Origin: Epithemia pelagica
Taxonomy: Eukaryota; Protista; Bacillariophyta
Assembly (NCBI GenBank): GCA_946965045.2
Contig: OX337239.1
Span: 930,001 to 994,000 of the forward strand
DNA: 64,000 bases
Reading direction: 5' to 3'
Each line of letters starts with the position of its first letter. The first letter of the stretch is position 1. The notes under the pieces were generated by a model that saw only the letters and a program-made list of their open reading frames with translations, made no database searches and was not told where the DNA came from. Shown one piece after another: positions 34,167 to 46,327 of the stretch. A program made the translations under genes and the position numbers.

Positions 34167-36989
34167 TTGTTGTTTACCATGACTTTCACTGATTTGCCTT
34201 CCTTTTTGAAGCATCCTCAGCAGGCTGCACCGACCGTCTCTGGTCGTTCGGGCTCTCGTTCCTCGACCCCGACTCCTGGCAACACGACCAACCCAAGCGC
34301 TTCCTCTCGTGATCCCGACCATGGTGAACTCTCCGACTCGGACATTCAAGGTTTGGCCTTTCCGACCTCCAAGAAACCTCCGTCCAAAGAAACATCCGTG
34401 CCTTTCAATGATGGTTCGAACGTCCCTTCTGCTGGTACGTCGAAGGATGATTCGACGAAACACTCGGACATCGACCCAAACGACGACGCATCCCGTCGTC
34501 CCGAAGATGTCCCTACCGATGACGATGTTGACGAGGTATTGGCGAAGACATCTGAAGACCCTTCTTCGTTGTTGCAACAGCCTCGTCGCCTTGAACTCTT
34601 CTTTGGTGCTGAGTTCCTGCCGACCTCCAAGACCGAGTTTGATTTTTTGCTTGATCGTGTGGCTCAAGTCGATATGGTTGATTGGTGTGACTCTTTTTCC
34701 GCCCCTTTCCATGTCTCCTTAGCTTGCGACTCATCCATGTGGCAGCGCCTCTGCGATTCCTTCGACCGTCTCTCGACTCCCGAAGATTTGAACATTTGGT
34801 TGTCCTCCAAGATCAAGTCCAACTCACTTGCCTTCTTGAGTGCCAACCGTGCCAACCGTCCTTTGTTGTTTCATACGCTGTGCTCCCCAGAAGATTGTGG
34901 TACCTTTACCAACCCCAAGTTGACCTTTTATGCTCTTGATCGGATCCCTTTTGAATCTCCTCCCTTTGAGATTCTCCTCGACGACATGTCTGAGATGATC
35001 CGATCCTTGATGCACCGTAATGTTCCCACCTTTTCAGAGATCATTGCACACTGTGTTGTTGACTCTGAACTCCCCAGCGATGGAGATCTTCCTCGTCAAT
35101 TCTTCGACCCCGAAAAATTGAAGACTCTCCTCCCAGCCTCCCCATCCAAGTACGACCAAGACCATTCCTTCTCTTGTTCTGGTCTTTGTATCCTTCCCCC
35201 AGCTCTAGCCGGATTCATCCTTCAGAACTGTTGCGATCCCTCCGATGAACAAGAATTGACGTGTGGATTGATGGCGAGTTTCCTTTATAAGACCGCTCTT
35301 TACCATTGGTGGTCTTTTCGTGATTCTCTCTCATCCTCCGAAAAGAAGAATGGTCCCCCCCTGGACCATCCTCTTCTCAAGGTCCAAGGTTCGATGTTCC
35401 GTTTTCTTTGGCTGATTGAACACAAGAGTTCTTCCGTCCCTGTGACTCATCCCTCCGTTCCCAAAGATCTCGCAGCTGCATCCTACTGCCTCCAGCATTG
35501 TCTTGATCTCATCGTCCCACCACCTCTTTCGGAATCACCCACTCCGAAGCGTTCCAACACAAGCACCAAGACTTCTTCCTCTTCAGCGGCTCCCACAGCC
35601 CCATTGAAGAAACCGTCGGCCAAACCCCCTCCGATTCCCCAAACTCAGAGTACTCTTCCCCCTTCGACTCCGGTTGATTGTCACGCTAATCCATCTGGAG
35701 TCCGAATGATGGATGACGACGGGAACGTTCATTTCGTCTCCCCAGAGATGTTCCTACTCTCCAAGTGCATAAAAGAAGTTTCCTCCAAGAAAGCCTCCAA
35801 CGATGACGATATCACTTCTCCAGAGTCGAAGAGCATGTTTCGTGACATGCCTCTTCACGCCCAGAAACACCTTCGATTGAGTATAGTCAATCGTTCCTCC
35901 AAGAGTCTCCCTGACGAACTCTCCGACATTGTGAAGCTAGTGTGGAAGTCGAAGAACTCTTCGACCTTTTTCGAGTCCTTCGTATCGGAAGTTTTTGACC
36001 CTTCAGACAATGCTTGCACCATCCTTTTAGGACAATGTGCTGTGATCCAGCGCTTGGGTCTGCGATGGAGAAGTGAAGCCTCCCCAGGTGGCTTTAGCCC
36101 TTTCAGTTTTGATCCGTATGCCATCCCAGGCATAGACTCTAGCCACACTTTGGACAAGAATATTCGCCAACAAATCCATGACGCCTCGCTATGTCATCTT
36201 AATGACATGAAGCAATCCAAGGATATGCAGTTGTTGTATACGAATCACAGCTTGTTTTTCCCTCGCACTGAGGATGAGTTCGAAAAACAGCTCCGCTCCT
36301 TTTGGTCTTGTGCCAAAGGGCTTTGTGGTTCATCGTCGTTTATCGCCTCTCAAATTCTCAAAGTTCTAAACTTCTTTCATCTACATCGGTACCTCATCAT
36401 CGCAAAAATGCAGAGTTCCGCCAATGAGTTTTTCTTCGGCCAAATTCTCTTCGCTCTCGACAAAGCAGTCCAAGAATTTGTCTCGTCGTTAAGCAAAGCC
36501 TAGCAGATTGCGGATATTGGATTCGATGACATGGAGAAAAGGATCAACTGGCTCCTCTTTTCAGTCAAGACCGGTTCCCCCCTCGGCGGTCTTCCTGCTG
36601 CCCTCCAAGCCAAGTTCCAAGCCCAGCAATCCAAATTGAACCCGAAGAAACGTTCGAATCCCTCGGAAGAATCCTCAGCCAACCCCAAGAAGCAAAATCA
36701 ATCAAGTTCTTCCAACTCTTCCTCAAAATCCGTCGCCACCTTCGAACCACCCTCGAATTGGAAGATTCCTTGCAACAAGGCGTATGCAAAGATCTTTACT
36801 CCTGCGGTGATCTCCAAGATTCCGACGATTGATAAGGACGGTGAACCTCTCCCATTTTGCAACGTCCTCTTCTCCAAGGGTTGGTGCCGCAAAGGAAAGA
36901 AGTGTGGATATTGCCATGACGAACCAGCGAAACATGGCAAGAAGGAAGCCATGGACGAATACTTCCGCACAGCGTATGAGAACGCTTGA
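34167..36989 (+). pseudogene. YR element 1 gag-like ORF1 with C-terminal CCCH zinc finger; in-frame TAG at 36501-36503
   Basis: ORFs 34167-36503 and 36531-36989 are in the same frame; C-x8-C-x5-C-x3-H is seen as CNVLFSKGWCRKGKKCGYCH. Confidence 0.75.
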
Positions 36990-37046
36990 CGCCAGGAAGG
37001 GCTGATTGTCAATTCAGATAAAATAATTGTTGAGTCTTCTTCTTAC

Positions 37047-40000
37047 TTGAAGCCTCAATCCTCACAGGACAAGGACGTCGTCAACCCGACCTTTCTTCCA
37101 CCACTTGCACCTCCATCTTCCTCCATCATGCCATCCATCCCCACGACTTCAAATCCATTTTTCACCACACAACCTCTCAGACAAGTCAATCAAGATCCAG
37201 GATCGCGCACCACACAACCTCTCAGACAAGTCAATCAAGATCCAGGATCGCGCACGTTGACAATTCATCGTGCGACTCTCCCATCTTCCCCAACGGACGA
37301 TACTTTTCAAGACACCCCTGGGCACGACTCGCAACGAGCGTCCCAACCGACTTCCATTTCTCAAATTTCCACTTCGACTTCCCATTCCCCCAAGCCACCA
37401 GGCGAGAACAGTTTCTCTCCACGACCCCCAAGTCCCCCAATTCTAACCTCTCAATTTCAGCCTCATCTTCCAGGAAGTGAGACCGCTATTACAGGATCCG
37501 ATTTCTCGGGGAAACCTCTTGCTCGAAACGTCCAACGTCTCGAACAAGCTAGACTGGCAGATTCTGCCCTACTAGGTGAGTTCAATATCAAGCAATTTCA
37601 AGCACCGTCCTATCCCTATTCCAAGCTTTATCTACCCAACGAAGTCTCCAAGATCTTCCCATCTCGGCTGTCCCCTCCTCCACTCCGTCCGAAGACCCAT
37701 CCCCTCGACCTTTCAGTGATCCTTCGCATTTTCGATCGTGTCGAGCCTACTCCCGAAGACTCCCCATTCCGGCACAGCATCGACTCCGAGTGTGCCGTGG
37801 AAAATGCCGAGTATAATTCCAGGTTGATTGCCAAGTTCGACATGGACATGCAGAAGTTGCTAGACCACTATCCCAACTCTGTTATCACCCCAGGATCCGA
37901 GTTCCGTCCAGCGACCGCTCTTGAATCACTCCTCGCAGGTCACCCATATTGGCCTCGCTTTCGATCCATCATCACTCGCGGCGTCGAATATCCTTTAACA
38001 GCAGAAGAATTCGATCCAGCCCGCAGAGCAGAGAATGATGCAATACTTTTGTATGGCAATCATGCATCTGGGAAAAAGAACCCTCAGGCTATCGGCAAAG
38101 TGATACATAAGGACGCCCATCATGGCTTTTCCCTGCCAATCACATTTGATTGTGCCCGCAATATCCGCCACAGCCGGATCAGCCCGATGGGAGTTGCACA
38201 CCAACTCGGCATCAACGCCCAAGGCGAACTCGTCCCAAAGGACCGACTCACCCACAACCAGTCGTTTTCCCTCGGGTTTTGCCCATCCACAAATGAACTT
38301 ATCGACCAAACACAGCTCATCGACTTAGTGATGGGTCATTGCCTTGACCGCATCTTTCACCAGATTGTCGCGTTACGCTGAGAGTTCCCCAACGAGCGGA
38401 TTGTGATCAGCAAATTTGACTGCTGGGCATCTGCCTATCGGAGAATCCATGGCAACGGCAACGTAGCAGCTCGCAACATTACCATGGACCCATCAGAAGA
38501 ATTCGCACACTTGAACCTCCGTCTCACCTTCGGCGCGTCCGCGAACCCGGCCGAATTTTCGGTCGTTTCAGAGATCGGGACCGACCTGTGCAACGACCTA
38601 GCCGACTTCCCCAACTGGACCCCAGACATCTGCCAATCTCCCTTGCAATGTGGCGTTGGACCCCCACGATTCATGGACATCGACGATCCACCGGCACCAG
38701 CACAAGAACTTGCCGTGTCGGTTCCCACTCGTCCTCACGGGTTTCACGACTCATATCTGGACGATATGATTCAGCTCTTCGTTGCAACCCCCGAGAATCT
38801 CCTGCGATGTCCATCGATCGTCCCGTTGATTGTTCATTTGATGACGAGACCACTCGCCCCTGACGAACCACTCCCTCGAAAACCCATGCTCGAGTCCGAC
38901 AAGTTGGAAGCCGAAGGTTCCCCCGCAGAATGCCAACGAGTTCTGGGTTGGATTATTGATACTCGTCGACTCCTCCTCCAACTCCCGACGGACAAAAAGA
39001 TTGCGTGGACAAAAGAAGTTAATCAACTGCTGAAGACACGTCGCACGAGGACATTTCAAGCACTCCGCAGTTTGATTGGGAAACTCGTCCACTCCACCAA
39101 GGGCATCCCATTGGCAAACTTCTGGATAGCTCGGATCCGAGAATATCAAACATTCATCGAACGATCTTTCAAACAGAAACAGCAACAAAAACTCCAACAG
39201 AGCTCCCAGCCAGTCGACAACCAAGACGACAACCAAACCACCCCTCCCACTCCCACAGCGAGACCCCGACCTTCCAATCGCGACATTCCGCCACCGTACT
39301 ATCGTTACACCATCCCTGAATCGATCGTCATCGACTTAGCAATGTGGCCATACCTTTTGGCCCATGCCAATGAAGGAATATCACTGAACCGACTGGTCTG
39401 CCGTGTACCGACACACCTTTTTCACGCCGACGCTTGCCCGGAGGGCCTTGGCGGATACTTAGTCCGCTCCGGTCGGGCTTGGCGCTAGCAACTGGATACC
39501 AAGAGACTCGACGAGATGAAAAAAATTGCAGATTGTGATCCTCATCGGTCGAACAATCTTTTTGAATTCATTGCAATCGTTGTCTCCATCTGGGTCGACT
39601 GCTGGCACAACGAAATCTTGGATGACGATGTCGTTCTTGCGCTTTCGGACAACTCATCGGCAGTGGGATGGCTCCACAAGTCCTCTTTTGGCTCGGACAA
39701 GCCACTCCATGTTCAAGTCTCCGAAAAGCTGACACGTCTCTGTCTTACACACAAGTTCGCCCTGCAATCAGAGCATATTCCAGGGAAACAAAACGACGTA
39801 TCAGATTTACTTTCTCGTGCCTGGCACCTCACAGACAATGCACTCACCCTTTTCATTCACGACAACTTCTCTCCCCAGATTCCAAGGAATTTTCACATCA
39901 GACGACTTCCCAGCGAAATTTCATGTTGGATCCCCTCCATCGTGCCAGTGTGTCCCGCATCTTCTACGGCAAGACTGAAGGGTCGCACCAAAAGCGCGAC

Positions 40001-40340
40001 CAATGCTGGCAACGATGGACAGACCACCTCGCACAGATTGGATTCGACCGTGACCCCTTCCTCGACTCCCTCCCAGCTACCAACCACAAGGTCGCCATCG
40101 CCTGCTCCTTCCTCCAACGCCTCCGCGATGCCGAGTTCACGAAGAATCGCGACCGCTCGAACCCTCTTCGAGCAAGCACTCTTGCGCAAGCCCTTGGAGA
40201 CTTGGCATCGTGCTTCAGGCATCACAACCGGCCAAGCCCCTGCCACAGTCAAGACGGGAGCCGCCTACACCCACTCGTCGCCTACCTCAAGCGTGCGTGG
40301 GAAAATCTCAATCCCCCAGAAAAAAGGGAAAAAGCAATAA
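37047..40340 (+). pseudogene. YR element 1 pol (RT + RNase H), in-frame stops at 38379 and 39486
   Basis: KDRLTHNQS, ISKFD..SAYRRI, LRLTFGASANPAEF, SYLDDMI, ADACPEGLGG, NLFEFIAI, SDNSSAVGW and HIPGKQNDVSDLLSR, all in one frame. Confidence 0.88.
37163..37255 (+). repeat. In-frame 45-bp tandem duplication (TTQPLRQVNQDPGSR x2)
   Basis: Read directly from the sequence. Confidence 0.95.
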
Positions 40341-41296
40341 CAATTAAACATCTAAGATTTATGTGGGAGACCTGCTGCCGTCCCAAAAACAAACATGATC
40401 CTACTACGATCATCAAGCTCGAATTCGACTTCATCTCATTCGAAGCTTGCACCGCCGATCTCACTTGCTGCGCCTACTTTTTCGGTTGTCGCAGCTGTGA
40501 GTACGTGACGGTCCCCTCCCGGGGAAAGACCAAACTTCTCACCATCGGAGATATCGTTTTCACCACCAAGAACAAGCACAAAACGATACCAGCAAACCAC
40601 CCACAGTTCAAAACTCTTGCGCGCTTTGTGTCCATTACCTTCGTGGACCAGAAGAATAATCACAAAGCCGAGACACGCACACAAAGTCGCACCAACGATC
40701 CCCTCTTTGACCCAGTGCTTCTTTGGGGACGCGTCATCAGACGCATCCTTCACTATCGGCCCGACGCTTCACCATCCACACCGGTGAATTGTTGGTTCGA
40801 TCCTTCCAAGCCCAAGAAATCCCCACGTTACATCCGCCAAGAAGACGTTCGAAACCCTCTTCGCTCAACCTGCATTCGTGGCGGCGGCCAAGCATCCTTC
40901 GGTTACCATCCGATGGACATCGGCACCCACTCCATTCGGTCGGGGGCCGCCATGGCCCTTTTCTTGGCCGACTGTTCGGTCACCAAGATTATGATCTTGG
41001 GACGGTGGAGTTCGTCAGCCTTCATGAAGTACATCCGCCCGCAAGTCCTCGAATGGACCACGGGCATGGCACAGCTGATGTTGACGACCCAAGATTTCCG
41101 TCACGTCGACAACACCACATCACAATCTCGCTCCGAATCCCTGGAGAAATTACGCAACCGACTTGACAACTTGATCGAACCAGCATACCAAACAAACACT
41201 GAGACAGCAATGGAATCGCCAGAAGAAAACCTCTTCAACCACAATGGCCCAGGACCCCTGCATCAATTCCCCATCATCTCATACTTGGACTTCTAG
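39668..41296 (+). CDS. YR element 1 tyrosine recombinase, intact, overlapping RNase H in another frame
   Basis: FGCRSCEY (catalytic R), GTHSIRSGAA (HxxR) and ILGRWSSSAFMKY (W, catalytic Y). Confidence 0.92.
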   Translation: MAPQVLFWLGQATPCSSLRKADTSLSYTQVRPAIRAYSRETKRRIRFTFSCLAPHRQCTHPFHSRQLLSPDSKEFSHQTTSQRNFMLDPLHRASVSRIFYGKTEGSHQKRDQCWQRWTDHLAQIGFDRDPFLDSLPATNHKVAIACSFLQRLRDAEFTKNRDRSNPLRASTLAQALGDLASCFRHHNRPSPCHSQDGSRLHPLVAYLKRAWENLNPPEKREKAITIKHLRFMWETCCRPKNKHDPTTIIKLEFDFISFEACTADLTCCAYFFGCRSCEYVTVPSRGKTKLLTIGDIVFTTKNKHKTIPANHPQFKTLARFVSITFVDQKNNHKAETRTQSRTNDPLFDPVLLWGRVIRRILHYRPDASPSTPVNCWFDPSKPKKSPRYIRQEDVRNPLRSTCIRGGGQASFGYHPMDIGTHSIRSGAAMALFLADCSVTKIMILGRWSSSAFMKYIRPQVLEWTTGMAQLMLTTQDFRHVDNTTSQSRSESLEKLRNRLDNLIEPAYQTNTETAMESPEENLFNHNGPGPLHQFPIISYLDF

Positions 41297-41344
41297 ATAA
41301 GACCAACCACGATCCACTGGACAACTGACCAGGGACAATGGTGT

Positions 41345-41930
41345 AGAGCCACTTTCGGTTCTGAGGCCTTCGGCAAAACTTTGTGTCTGATTGTAGTTTT
41401 AGTATCTTTAGCAAAACTCAACGGACAAAGTTTTTGGATGACATGCGATCTCTCGGACAGACTCGAAACGACACGTGCTTCAGGATGTGTTCGTAGTGTC
41501 TCTTCGTTGTCTGTACTGATGTGGAGTGACGTGGCCGATGCTGGCCAGACTCCTGCGACCGACATCAGAGGTGCGACCGCTCCGCCTCCTCGTCGCGAGG
41601 CGAGCATCCGATTTTGTTCCCCTCGGTTCTACGATTTGGATGACTCCTGATTCTGGATCGAAGGAGCGTGAGAAGAGCTCACTCTTCTCGGGTTCAGCAT
41701 CTTTGCATCGATACGAGACAAGTTCCAAGATCGCAAGGTCCTAGTTAGCTAATTCAAAAATCTCCCCTTCCCCGCCCAGAGCCACTTTCGGTTCTGAGGC
41801 CTTCGGCAAAACTTTGTGTCTGATTGTAGTTTTAGTATCTTTAGCAAAACTCAACGGACAAAGTTTTTGGATGACATGCGATCTCTCGGACAGACTCGAA
41901 ACGACAGATGTGTTCGTAGTGTCTCTTCGT
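41345..41930 (+). repeat. YR element 1 right-end repeats: B1 (41345-41507), A2 (41505-41751), B2 (41778-41930)
   Basis: B1 equals B2 except for a 10-bp indel (CGTGCTTCAG); A2 equals A1. Confidence 0.95.
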
Positions 41931-42476
41931 ACATGAACGCCAATAAATGCTAATTTTGATTTTTGCCTCGAATTTTTTTTACCACCCCGATGCGCCTAAA
42001 GGGCAAAGGTTGTGCCAGATTTCGAGTTTTTGGGCAAGCGGAGCGCCCAACCCCGCATCGTACCGCCCCCGGTCAAGAAGGGACCGACGGACGAACGAGG
42101 AAGGGTCATCGCTCCCAAGAGTTCCAAATGCATGTGAGACGCTGGTTGGGCCAGTCATTTCTATGACTGGACCAACCAAAGATTTGACGATTCATAAATC
42201 GTCGGAAAGAAGGGTTGAACGGGTCATCAAGGATCTGATCACCCATTGGTTCCGTAATTCTCTTCTTTCGCTTCGGTTTTCTCGCCTTGTCGGCCGTGCC
42301 ATCCACCTCATCCGTTCTGCCATGACGTTTGTGTGGGGAGGAACTCCGGATTCTTCTCCTTCTGTGGGGTCGTCAGGTGAGTCCAGTGTTGTTGGCAGTG
42401 TGACGGGGGGGGGGGGAACCTTTGTTCGGGTTCTCTCTTCGGGGTAGTTTGGTTTGATCAGTCTTGATTCGAGACT

Positions 42477-44711
42477 GTGTGTCGGGGTTATGTGGGCGCT
42501 GGGCAGCGCATGTGTGTCCGTTCGGATTGTCAAATCGCTTCGCATTCCCTCCGGAAGCATGACTGGAGTTCGCTTTTCGGGGATGAGACGTCTGGTGTCT
42601 TTATCCGTGGGTCAAGCGGAACATCATCCTCCGAAGCGTTGGGCACGGTGTTTTGTTCACCGGTTCTCCCAGGTTCTTGCATGCAAGGAGTGGACTGGGA
42701 TGAAATGGAGTTAAGCCCTAGAACCTTGGAAAGTTGGCAGGCTACGTTTTCTACGTTACGCAAGGCCGCCTCCGCGTCGGGTGAAGGCGTGGATCCTACG
42801 ATGGCGGTACTGGTGATGGCCACTACCAAGACAGAAGTTGATTTCACGATGACCCCAGCACGCAAGAAGCGTGCTCACCAGTCAACGGTGGAGGTAGAAA
42901 CGGTGACTAGTGACGATGAAGCGTTAGAGGATGACACTCCAAGAACTCCAAAGATGAAGCGGGTGGATATGCCATGGAAGGATGTTCCTATGGATATCGG
43001 AACAACCCAGCCTACCCCTACCATAAAGGTACTTCAAGGAGGTGTGTGGAGTAATCTAGTTGAAAATGTGAATGTTTTGAAAGATGACTTCACCAGAGAG
43101 TCCATGGATCATCGTGTTCTGGAGGAGGATATGGAAGAGCAGTTCGAGAAGGTGCAGGTGAAGATATCGGTGCTGCGTGAGTTGCTTGGAGTGCGGCCGG
43201 ACCATTTCGGTACTCGGTCAGCATTTCAGCTGTTGGAGACATGCATGGCCACCGCGGCGACTCTCGAGGAAGCAGTGAGGAAGCAACAGGACAAGAAGCC
43301 GCCACCTGCCATGTTGGATCAAGGCTTGCGAGAAAAGGTGAATGGGCTCGAGCAACGGTTGATTGGGATGATGGGTAGGCTTCATGAAACGGTCAAGGGC
43401 GAATTGGAAGCTTTCTTATCGGACACCACAAGTGATTTTCGCACTCAATTTGTGGATCCAACGTTAGCGTTGCTTACGAGATCCTCCTCAAGCAATCGTG
43501 ATCCGGGAGGCAAGTGGGCGGACTTGTTGGATCAAATTCAGAAGAGGGTTGATGCATTGGAGCGGGTGGCCACTGTGTCTCAACAAGGAAAACCACAGGT
43601 GCATTCCACGAGTGGTGCAGGAGGTGCTGGACTCTTCTCATGGTCGACGACAGGAAATTCGTCGCACGCGGGAGGGACGTCTCGTTCGGCATCGAATCAA
43701 GTGGGAGTTGGAGTACGGTTTTCAGACCAGCAAGGAGTTGATGAGCTGGATGACAAGATTCAAAGGCTGATGGAAAAAATGAGCACGATGCGTGCCGAAC
43801 TCAAGGATCTGCAGGACCAGGCGGATACTGAGGCGATCACCATTGGGTCGATAGTGTTCCCATCTCGAAGTGTGTGCGTGACTTGGTTGGCTTTGCATAA
43901 TGCGACAGCCGACCCTCATGTGTTTGTTGACGCGGTATCGTTGCTATCGTTGGCAACTTCGGACGCGAGCTTGGACGAAGAGAAGGCAGCGAATCAACGA
44001 GCGACCACGGCAAAGGTTCGCGATAAAACGCCATATCACACTGCGTACATAGCGTCTTTCAATTTGGAGGTACCGCCGCTTTTAGGAAAGGGCTCGGATC
44101 ACTCAATGACCACCAACTCTCGTGCTCTGGGAGGAGTCCCCAAGTTTGAGGATTTTCATCCTCCGTCGGGACGAGAAGGAATTCATCAACGAATACTGGA
44201 CCACGTGAAGGATGGATCATTGACGTTGCAGCAGGCTATTGGTGAATTGTTTACGTTTGGTACCGAGCCTTCAAGTGTGGCGCGCGAAATGCTTTTGTTG
44301 AGTAAAACCTTTTGGGACGAGCTTTGCCACTGGATGGTGCGCTATCATGCGCAGGTCCAGGCGGAAAGCGAGGCAAGCGAGCAAGAAGTGTGGATACTCA
44401 TATCCCACTGTGTCCGTGCCGTGTTAAAGAGTCTCCGAGAGGCGAGATCGCCGGGCAGAGCATCCAACACTCCGGGTGGGATGCTGTGGGGAACCTTGAG
44501 GGCGCATGAAATCATGAAGCAATATTGCGATGCTGACTTTAGCGGCCATCCCAAGATAGCGCTCATATTGCATGAGCATCTTATCCGTTTCAGTACACCA
44601 CGATCCAAGTTCGAGAGTCTCCAGACGCAAATGAATGAACGCTTTGAGAAGCTGCAACGTGCTGTTAACCAGGCTGTAACGTCCGCAAACAAGTCCTCCA
44701 AGAAAGGCTGA
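42477..44711 (+). CDS. YR element 2 gag-like ORF1 (N-terminal Cys/His cluster, coiled coil)
   Basis: 744-aa ORF directly after A1; C-x11-C-x4-C-x4-H at the N-terminus; may start upstream of the G-run near 42405. Confidence 0.7.
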   Translation: MCRGYVGAGQRMCVRSDCQIASHSLRKHDWSSLFGDETSGVFIRGSSGTSSSEALGTVFCSPVLPGSCMQGVDWDEMELSPRTLESWQATFSTLRKAASASGEGVDPTMAVLVMATTKTEVDFTMTPARKKRAHQSTVEVETVTSDDEALEDDTPRTPKMKRVDMPWKDVPMDIGTTQPTPTIKVLQGGVWSNLVENVNVLKDDFTRESMDHRVLEEDMEEQFEKVQVKISVLRELLGVRPDHFGTRSAFQLLETCMATAATLEEAVRKQQDKKPPPAMLDQGLREKVNGLEQRLIGMMGRLHETVKGELEAFLSDTTSDFRTQFVDPTLALLTRSSSSNRDPGGKWADLLDQIQKRVDALERVATVSQQGKPQVHSTSGAGGAGLFSWSTTGNSSHAGGTSRSASNQVGVGVRFSDQQGVDELDDKIQRLMEKMSTMRAELKDLQDQADTEAITIGSIVFPSRSVCVTWLALHNATADPHVFVDAVSLLSLATSDASLDEEKAANQRATTAKVRDKTPYHTAYIASFNLEVPPLLGKGSDHSMTTNSRALGGVPKFEDFHPPSGREGIHQRILDHVKDGSLTLQQAIGELFTFGTEPSSVAREMLLLSKTFWDELCHWMVRYHAQVQAESEASEQEVWILISHCVRAVLKSLREARSPGRASNTPGGMLWGTLRAHEIMKQYCDADFSGHPKIALILHEHLIRFSTPRSKFESLQTQMNERFEKLQRAVNQAVTSANKSSKKG

Positions 44712-44714
44712 CAC

Positions 44715-46327
44715 GTGAGTTATGAGAGTGTTGGAGAGAGCATGAGAAAGCGGAGAGTCAGTTTGGGCGATACAACAGAAAAACAACAACGCGAAAAGAA
44801 GCAGCGATTAGCGAGCCACGAGCATACTAAGGAATATTTAGATAAGACCATTGAAGACGAAGCGAATGATGGGGTGGCAGAGCGGTTGCTGTCACGTCTT
44901 AGAGTAGGAAGGGGAAAGTGGCGAATTGGGGTGATGAGTGTTGGGACACCTTATTGGTTCTGGGCGTTGGCGTCATTGGGCGAGGTGAGATGGCTTGACG
45001 TCCAGGAAAAGGAATCGCTGAAGGAAGAAACAGGAGCGAGTGATTGGATAGGAAAGGCGATAGAGCCAAGGAAGGTGCAAACCAAGAATAGAGGTTTAAA
45101 ACGTCGCCGATTCATGAAGACAGAGATCGAGGACTGGAGCAGGAGGGAACAAGTAGACCTCATATTCTTTGACAAGGGTTTGTCGCCAGGGCCGTCCCAT
45201 CCGGTGTGGTCCATGAATGGGGTGCGAATGGTCTTTTGGATAGGGGGACGAAAGAACTGTGGGCCGTCACAGTCAGAGGATGGGTGGAGATGCGGTGTGA
45301 TGAAGCTGAGTCACGACGAATTGGGAGGAGTCTCAGACATCGATTCATGGATTCATGTGGCCGAAAGAACCAGTGGCCGCTTTGTTGGATCGGGGAATCA
45401 AATGGCAGAGCTCCCTTTATTCGTTGATTGTTGGGCCAATTACTTAGAAAAGGGACTGGAACACACGACGTTTCGAGGAGTGGTGGATCCCACAATTCTT
45501 GGGAAGGCATGCTCTTTCGAACAGCTTAGAGATCAGAAGGAACGACCTCTCGTGGAAAGGAAAGTGCGCTGGAAGATGGACGTGAATCGGGATCATCATC
45601 TCCCTAGTGTATTTGGGAGCACGGGCCATGTTACAAGAAGGATAGCTGCACGAGAACTGGCTGTTGTGTTGGATTTCCCAGCGGAGCTTCACAAGAGGGG
45701 GAGTGAGCAAGAGCTACGAAAATGGGTAGGAGAGATTAGAGTGCCATTCAAGAGTCGTGTGCAAGTGGTGCGCTCGATTATTGGATGGATGGAGAATATA
45801 GAGGAGGAAGGCAGGGTGTTAGAGAAGGCATCAGCAGAGGAAGTTGAGAACGACGCGAACCCGCGGCAAGATGATTCACGTTCATCCGAATGCATGACAG
45901 AGCACGGTGAATTATTCACCGCTCTTGACAATGAGGGTGGAGGTTCGTTGAATTCAGAGGAGCGACGAGAAGATCGAAATTTGAAGGCGACGAAGTCGGA
46001 TGACGCGGTCATTCCCACCTTTCTGTGGGACGATTGAATCTGTTCTCATTTTGGTTTTGTTGAGGTAGCCGAAAGAACGCGAGCAATCAAGGCCTTGAAT
46101 GTCATCCGAAAGGGTGCTTTAAGATATTGGCAGAGATTGGTCAGCCGGGATTTTTGGCATTGGTGGCGACATTATCGGTTTGAAGATGATGAGGAGCGAG
46201 AGAGGTCCAGGAAGGCAGGGATCAGTGCAGTGACGCATGTAGCCTTGTCCTCCTGGTGGGACTGGGATCACGGCTCTTCTCCTTTCTTTTGGAGGATGCC
46301 GTGTCAAGAATGGATGGTGGATATGCG
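44715..46327 (+). pseudogene. YR element 2 pol, 5' part: N-terminal domain (possibly a degenerate C5-MTase fold) and pre-RT region, TGA at 46035, cut by the Copia
   Basis: ORFs 44715-46037 and 46095 onward share a frame; WWDWDHGSSPFFWR precedes the insertion. Confidence 0.7.

Larger units (their letters stand above)
33897..41930 (+). mobile_element. Tyrosine-recombinase retrotransposon 1 (Ngaro-like, split direct repeats), full length but carrying premature stops
   Basis: Layout A1-gag-RT/RH-YR-B1-A2-B2, with RT, RNase H and YR motifs. Confidence 0.92.

Noticed and set aside
41345-41930. Clustered repeats (also 58227-59168) considered as a CRISPR-like or tandem array
   Set aside because: The units are 150-300 bp, occur only twice each and fit the split-direct-repeat layout of YR retrotransposons.
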